Positions 56,355-64,000 of a stretch of 64,000 bases of DNA are shown piece after piece (the stretch's first letter is position 1; each line of letters starts with the position of its first letter). The stretch is from Octopus vulgaris (taxonomy: Eukaryota). Location: NCBI GenBank assembly GCA_951406725.2, contig OX597829.1, forward strand, positions 31,930,001 to 31,994,000, in the 5' to 3' direction. The notes under the pieces are model-generated. The model was given only the letters and a program-made list of their open reading frames with translations. It made no database searches and was not told where the DNA came from. The translations under genes were made by a program, and so were the position numbers.

Positions 56355-56387
<33 letters not shown>

Positions 56388-59339
56388 CATACATACATAC
56401 ACACATTTGCTCCCTCTATAAAAGATTCTTGATATGAGTAGTAATGTTGCTAGTTTTCCTGTCAATAAACCAGCCACTTGCTTTGCTTCTTTGAAGACGT
56501 GTAAAATATGGGACATTTTAATTTAATCAGATTCTGTAAGTAAAATCGTGGCCATCCAGACATAGTCATTTCCTTTATGGCTGTTCTCCCACTCCCCCTC
56601 CCAGCTGAGAGGTCTTTGTCTTGCAGGTGTTGGTACCATGTAAAATACACTTGTGTCAGTGCTACGTAGATGTACCTGTGCAGATGGCATGTAAAAAACA
56701 CCCTGCACACTCCATAAAGTAGTTGGCATTAGTAAGCGCATCCAGCTGTTGAAATCATGCTAGTATAGAAAACAGACGTTAAATACTGATGATGATATGT
56801 ATATTACACGTTTCTTCTGTGTATTTGTCATTGTTATTGATTGGTAGCTAGGGGAGAGTATAATTATTTTCAGCAAGAATTTATTAGTGATTTTAAAATT
56901 GAAAATTTTTTTTATTTCAAATTTAATTTCAATTATTATTTTATTTGCATGGCTTGACAATAACATTGTTTCTGGGTGCAAGGTATAGTGTCATCTTTGA
57001 GTACTTCTATAATTTGGTGTGCTCAGAATGAATGTGTATTTTGTTATTGTGGCTGAGTGCCAATCATTATGGTGTAATTTGTTCTGCTTTGCTTTTGTGG
57101 ACCAATGTTAATTGTCTGAGACTAAAGGGTTTCCATCTTTTTGACATGGTCTTAGCAAAAAAGACTACATTTGCTTACAATTTCATAAAAACTTTCCATA
57201 ATCTTAATACTCCTTAAAAGGCTTTGGGGATAAATTTTGGTGCATTTGAAGGATATTTACAACCCAACCAGTCTGCTTTTAATAGGGTTTGGTGGATTTT
57301 AAGAAAAACCATGTTTCCTTTCTTACAGGTAAATTGGTACATTATTTAGATAGCAGTATTGGACTGTATTTACTATTGAAAATTTATGAAGAAAAGAAAA
57401 AATACTTATCTGCATGTGGTTTGGATTTTTGTACAGTTTTTCAAATCAAAAAAATTTTATTTTCCTCACCAACACCATTTGATGTAGGATATATCTAAAG
57501 AACCAGCTTTTGAAAATGAAACTTTCCTTCTAATCAAATTCAATCTAATTCTGCTACTACTGTGTCAACCTTTTGCTGTTGAGGGTCATTTATTATGATT
57601 TGAATTTTGATTATTGGTGTCTTTTTATGTTTTTTTTTCTATTTTGCTGAATTAAAATTTACTAATTCAATATTTTTAATTTATCACTGTTAATGTGTGT
57701 TTTTAATATTTAATTTTTGTACTTTAACATAAAAATGTTAAGATAGTGCTGAAAATTCTGTACTTTGTCCAAAGTAGTTCTTGATAACATGTAAATGAGG
57801 CAGCCTCTATGACAATCTCTTTTCTCCTGTTTGTTTAACATATAATAAATATACCGAGATGAAATAGTGTAACTCTAGGCATTATTAGATAACCATACTG
57901 ATGGTCTTGGATTTCAGACTACTAGCTTTGTCTCTTTAGCCATAAATAGGTACCATGTAATAGGACAACCATTTGAATTGTGGGTATTTCATTAGGATAT
58001 ATGGTGGCAGTGGTAGTGATGAGCAAGTAGAGCTTATTACTAAAATGGAGTAATGAGTGACTACTATAACTGCATGCTCACAGGTTATCTGGTTCTGATA
58101 TGATTCATTCTGTTTTGATATTCTATTGACTAGTCATATATATATACATACACACATGTATGTATATATATATATATATGAGTGTGTAACGTTCAGATTA
58201 CAGCTCTGTAAAGGGTTTTTGCATACTCAGCCATATTTTGCCTAGTGTATTTATAGGTAATTTAAAAAAAGAATTACAAAACAGCAGCTCAAATGTGTGA
58301 ATGATATTTATCAACAAGCTTGTTCAATTCAACTGTTTCTTTTTGTTCTTTAAGCCCTTGATAAGTACCATCAAGGACATATGCAATCTCATTGACAGGA
58401 CAATCTCAAATGTGTGGAGGTGTGGTAATTTTTCTTATTCTGTTACACTATGATCTCACCAGATTTCATTAAAAAATCACTTTAGATGAATTTAAACTTC
58501 TAAAACATAACTTTTTCAAAACTCAATATGTTTTAGACTAGGGCTTTCTGCGACCAGTTTGTTGTTACCTTTGGCTACAGCTGACCTATGATTCTTTTAT
58601 TGAAACTTGCAAGGATTATCGTAATTAGTCCTGTAGTTGAAATTTTCCTCTGGTTAAATTAAATGATACAAGTTATTCTTTTGGAAGTTTGGTATTAAAT
58701 GAAAGAAAGAAACTACCATAAACAACAAATAAAATTATTATTTAACATGAGTAGCACTGAAATACCTTAATATATATTGCAAAACTGGTGTGTTTGTGTG
58801 TGTGTGTGTCTGTGCGCAGGCAAGCATGGCTATGTTTATAGCCTCAACATTTTAGGTTAGGTCCCCCCTGCATGGTGTCTTTGGCCGCAGCTTCAAGCAG
58901 AACAATACCATATTAAGTTGAATTAGTACACAGAAACTGAGAGAAAGTCTATTGTACACAGTATAAAAAGTAAAGACCCCCTTCAGTCATGAATGACCTT
59001 GGGATTGCACCTAGAAAGCTCTCCTTCAAGGCACAAGTCCAGGCAAGATTTTTTATGGAAGACCAGCAATCACCCATGCATACCAGCCAACCTTTTCCAA
59101 ACCTCTGATGTTATCCAAAGGAAAGGCTAAGGCTGATACAGCTTGGCACCAATGATGTTACAACTTGTTTCTACAGCTGAATGAACTGGAGCAGCATGAA
59201 ATAAAGAATTTTGCTCAAGAACGCAACGCACAGCCCAGTACGGGAATTGAGCACACAACTTCACAATTATAAGCATGACACCCTAACCACTGAACCATCT
59301 GCCTTCACTACATTATATATATATATATAGAGAGAGAGA

Positions 59340-59815
59340 GGTATGGTCATGTGATGCATATGGATGAAGACAGCTGTGTAAAGAAGTGCTGATCTCTGTG
59401 GAGGGAACCTGTGATAGAGGTAGACCCAGGAAGACATGGGACAAGGTGGTGGAGCACGATTTTCAAATGTTGGGCCTCTTGGAGGCAATGACTAGTGGCT
59501 GATAACTTTTGGTGATATGCTGTGCTTCAGAAGACCCATCAAGCCAAGTGAAATTGTAGTCATGGCTGATGCTCGCATCATGCATCTGGCACATTTAAAG
59601 CATCATTTGAGCATTGGGCCTTACAGAGGCAATGCCAGTGTAACATAACTGGCACATAAAAGCACCCATTACACTTTCAGAGTGGAAGGGCATCCAGCCA
59701 TAGAAACCATGCCAAACCAGACTGGAGTCTGGTGCAGCCCCTCAGCTTGCCAGCCCTAGTCAAACCATCCAACCTATGCCAGGATGGACAATGAATGCTA
59801 AATGATGATAATGAT
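59340..59815 (+). mobile_element. RTE 3'-end repeat with (GAT)n tail
   Basis: Reverse-complement homolog of ~38240-38600. Confidence 0.7.
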
Positions 59816-60052
59816 AAAGAATTCTTCAACCAGTATTTGGGGCGATTGTAGCCTATCAGCATAAACGTTTACATATTTGCTTTTCCTACAACATTAAGAG
59901 CATTTTAACTCTTATTTCTAGAAATGTAGATGTCTTGACGGCCTTAATCACATTCAGTGATGATTATATTTTGCCTTTATGGTAGCATATTGTGCCTCGC
60001 TGTTTATATAAACTTGAGTGTGTGTGTGTATATATATATATGTGTGTGTGTG

Positions 60053-60867
60053 TGATCTGATCAATAAACAGCTGGACTGTTGCTATAGTAATGAGACTAA
60101 AGCATGCATAGTAAAGCCACTTGGCACAGATTACCCTTGAACTCTGGTGTGCATTCACACTAAGTTTTAATGTTCTAGTTCACTTCCACTGTTTAAAGCA
60201 GTTCTTAGAAGTAATCTGTGTAGCATGTGGCCATGACAGAAAATCTGCATCAAATTTTACCAAAAAGCTTGGTGATACATGCTCAGAAGCCTACACAAAG
60301 TTTTCAAAAAGTTTTCATTGTTCTTGACAAGATTTTGTGCAACTGAAACTTAAGTGTCCTTTTGGTCAGCTGAAAGCAGTTTTGGCACAAGCTTGGCAGA
60401 CACATATCTCATACCCAAATCTTCAGTGATAATGGACTGAACTGAACTGTAACTAATCTGCACATACTCTGATAACTCTTGGATGGTGATTTGACAATTT
60501 CCCCTCACAGCTGCACACACATCTGTAATGTTTTTCTCAGTTCTGCTGGTTGCGGATCTCCCAGAACATTCGTCACTATCGACATTTTCTCAGCTATCTT
60601 GGAAACGTCTGACCCACTCATACCCTTGTGTGCAGCTCATACACTTTCTGCAACTGCCTCTGAGCAGATATTGCCATGACAACTTTCTGTCATAGTCTGG
60701 GACAATAACACATTACTTTGAATCACTGCTGTAAACTGCTGAAGTGAGCAAGAATGTTAAAACTTAGCGCACAGTAGAGATTGAGGTCAATATGTGCCAA
60801 GCGGCTTCACTCTGTGTGGTGTAGCTTTGTTGCCATGGCAACAGTCTGGATACTTATTGATCAGACC

Positions 60868-60868
<1 letters not shown>
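60053..60868 (-). mobile_element. Deleted mariner element
   Basis: Inverted ends tgatctgatcaataa...gactgttgc / gcaacagtc...ttattgatcagacca|TA. Minus strand shows YEW..RF, DE.SG.P and DLGMR..SAK.VPK-like motifs. Confidence 0.8.
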
Positions 60869-60898
<30 letters not shown>

Positions 60899-63703
60899 AA
60901 TATCATTTTTATCAGGAACCAACTTCATGAGTAAAGTTATTTTTTACATTCTCTAGTAAAGTAGTCCTGTAGTTTGAGCTTCACTTTCAATATGTATGAA
61001 CTAGTGAAATGGTAGTACTTTATTTGAAAATCAGATACTGACTAGTGACAAGAAAAATGATAGAAAATCCATGTCAGGAAGTTTTGTTTAAACCAGTCAT
61101 GGGATTTTCTGAATGGCAAACCTCATGAAAAATTTATCATTTTTTGTAGTAGTGTAGCCCACCTGATGATAATCCATGATTCATGGAGCCTGCTACTCAA
61201 AAAAGGTTTCCTGGACACATAAAAATATTGATTATATATAATGATGATATTGTAAGAGTTAATGTTGAGGGTTTCAAGTATAATCTCCATTCTGTTATGA
61301 GTGGGAGTTATACATATTTATTGCTTTTATCTGGTGTGAAAGCCAGCATATAATTCAGATTTTAAACTGACATGGCATCTGGGGAGCATTAACCATTTAA
61401 TTGAACTGGTAATTAAAAGCTTTCTGTAACAGTAATGTTATATGCAGTCCTTTGGCCCTTCAGTTTTGGTGTAGGCTTACATTGTTAGTCATTAAATTTG
61501 TGACTCTCATATATTTAAATATATTTAAATATTGCCATGCATGTAATATTTTCTCGTAATGTTTTATTATATTGGTATTGGGGGGAGAGATTTACAAACC
61601 ATGAACATGGTACCTACCTAAATTATGAAAGTGCTAACAAAATAATATCTGTTACAGGAGAATCAGTAATAATGTTTCTTGTCCAAGAAATCAGTTTGAT
61701 GTCAAAGGGTTGACCCTTCCTTCTAGAGCTCTAAAGTCAACATGTATTTTGATGATTTTCCCCCTTTTTCTTTCTCTCTCTTGGTGCCTTTCCCTCAATT
61801 TTTAATCAATAAAATCCATTTTGTAGACTCATTGTCTTTTTGATTTCTATTCAAAATTTTCAGTATTGCTGCTTCAATTGACACAATTGCATTTCTAAAT
61901 ATTTCAAAAAGTCATTTAATATTTACTAACAGAGCAGAATGTTGCTAAATACAAGCACTTTATTTTTTTATTTACACACACATATATATATATGCTTTTC
62001 TCTATTTCAGTTTTTAAAGTAAAATAATTTCCAATGTCACTTGTACAATTTGTAATTTTTTGTATATCTTTGTTTAAATTGCTATGATCTCTAGGATAAA
62101 GTTTATATTTATGAGCAAAAATATAGCTTTCTTTGTCTCTGAAGCAGTTGCCTGTTCCTTCCCCCAATAACAACCTCAAACCTCAACAAAGCACAATCAA
62201 CAGATGGAATATCCTAGAGATGTAAATACAAATTGTATTTATCCAATGTTTTTGACATAACAAAAAAGAAATGTCCTAAGGTTTATGGCTTCATGGCACC
62301 ATACCTAGCTGATGTGATTGGTCTGTCATTTCATAGACAGTATGGTATTTGCTGAAAGAGGTTTAGCTGCTACATGGAACATAAAAAGGCTTCATTACCT
62401 GCTATTAGGGTTCATAATTTTATAGAGACAAGTGATTATCTAACAATTCCATCTGGTTTGTCAGAAGTTTTAGCCAAATTAAGACTACATAATAAAAGCT
62501 AAATTACCTCTTCAGTAGAGACACTTCCATTTTGTTTTATATTTTCAATGAAATTTGATAATTGTCTTGCTTATTGGTTAGGTTTGTGAGGCACTAAAAT
62601 ACGTACTTCCAATCTTTGCAGCACATGAAAGCATATTAAGAGTAAATAAATGCTTATCATGTGTATTGAAATATTTAGTCATGTTTGTATACATAAGAGA
62701 TGGTTGCTATGTATGATCCCTTAATATGTTGGCTCCCAGATGACTGGAACCCTAGGACAAATTCAGAAGTGATGCTTGTAAGCATCACTTGTGGGGTTTG
62801 GTTGATTAAAGAAGGGAAGATAGTCATGCTAATAAAATTGTTTCCTATATTTTAAAATTGTCCAACACTACAGGCAAAGCACTGATGATGCCATCCTAGA
62901 TTATTAAATAGTAGTAAAGTTTAGGATTTTGATCTGGAGTTAACTTAAACTTGTTGACATAAATATTGAATTCTCTTCATTAATTTTTCTCTATTTTAAT
63001 TCATTAAAAGTAATTTATATATGAATATTTTTGAGAAAATTTATTGTGAATAAAATTTAAATTGATTTAAATTAAAATGTTGTTTGGAAATATATCATCT
63101 TCATTGCGTATGTTGTGATCTGATTCATTGTGGATAGTAGAGAGTAGGTGTTGGTGAATCTCATGTTGTCCAAAGGAACAGCAACTAAATTTTGAAATTG
63201 TGTCCCACTCAACAAGGAATATCGTAACAAAAAGATTAACTCTTTAGCATTCAGATTACTTGTTTATTTATTCACATTGTTTTGGATTAATTACGAATTG
63301 TCTTGTAGCTTCAAAATTCCAATGATGTGATTTATTTTTTAGAATGAAACTGTAAGGGAGATATGAGAGGCTGGATCTGGTTGGTTTGAACATAAAACGG
63401 GTTGAATATTTTGGCATGGTATGACTGGTTTAGAATTGCTAAAGGGTTAAAGCAAGGACCCTGAATAATGTCTGGGTGCACCATGCTTAAAAAAAAAAAA
63501 GAAAATACTGAGTAGCTTTGCTCAAATGGGACTAACTTGGAGATAAATAATTAACCTTATGTTGAAGATTAAAGAAAATCGCATACATACTCATAGAAGA
63601 TGGTAAATGTCTGGTATATCTGCTTTCTAAGTTCTATTTGTATCCCAGTCAGGTTTCTTTTTAATTAAGATCGTAAAGTTTGTACATTATCATTTGTTTC
63701 TGA

Positions 63704-63856
<153 letters not shown>

Positions 63857-64000
63857 CTGCTGCTACCTTCCTTGCAAAATTTAGTACCTTTTCAAAATTA
63901 CTTTTGTCATTATTTTCCCCTATACCATGTATCAGAGCAATACTTTTTCATGATTTTTTTTTTTTTTTTTTAAGAAAAGGGAAGAAAAAAAAGGGAAATC

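Larger units (their letters stand above)
54211..56357 (-). mobile_element. Tc1/mariner-superfamily element (possibly DD41D-like) with three nested insertions, between exons 7a and 7b
   Basis: ~65-bp terminal inverted repeats TA|CAGGGTGATTGAAAAGTAAC...GTTACTTTTCAATCACCCTG. Minus strand reads HFPERWMG.RG..EW..RSPDL..C..FLW. Confidence 0.85.

Overview
AT-rich, microsatellite- and transposon-dense animal genomic DNA. The SINE families look like those of octopus (inference); it is not prokaryotic. The only well-supported host gene is a + strand class I ribose-phosphate pyrophosphokinase (PRPS1/2-like), which I assembled by hand. Coding exons are 31552-31673, 44820-45003, 47029-47127, 47379-47503, 50447-50620 and 51071-51230 (122/184/99/125/174/160 nt, matching human PRPS1 as I recall it). 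These are followed by TWO intact copies of the 93-nt last coding exon: 7a at 51877-51969 ([30 protein letters not shown]) and 7b at 63764-63856 ([30 protein letters not shown]). Neither copy is in the supplied ORF track. They differ at only 4/30 residues but at 18/26 synonymous codons, which points to an old, selectively maintained alternative-last-exon switch in the segment forming the PRPS allosteric site and filament interface. This is the main finding. The 5' end also shows a possible TOP-like start, tandem donors that make or remove an upstream ATG, and an in-frame N-terminal extension. The rest is decayed mobile DNA: Helitron, Penelope-like, R4/Dong, RTE, Tc1/mariner, piggyBac, MITEs and SINEs. 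It includes a four-unit SINE concatemer inside a single target-site duplication. Most supplied ORFs are spurious microsatellite or SINE read-throughs. Transposon boundaries without cited terminal motifs are approximate.
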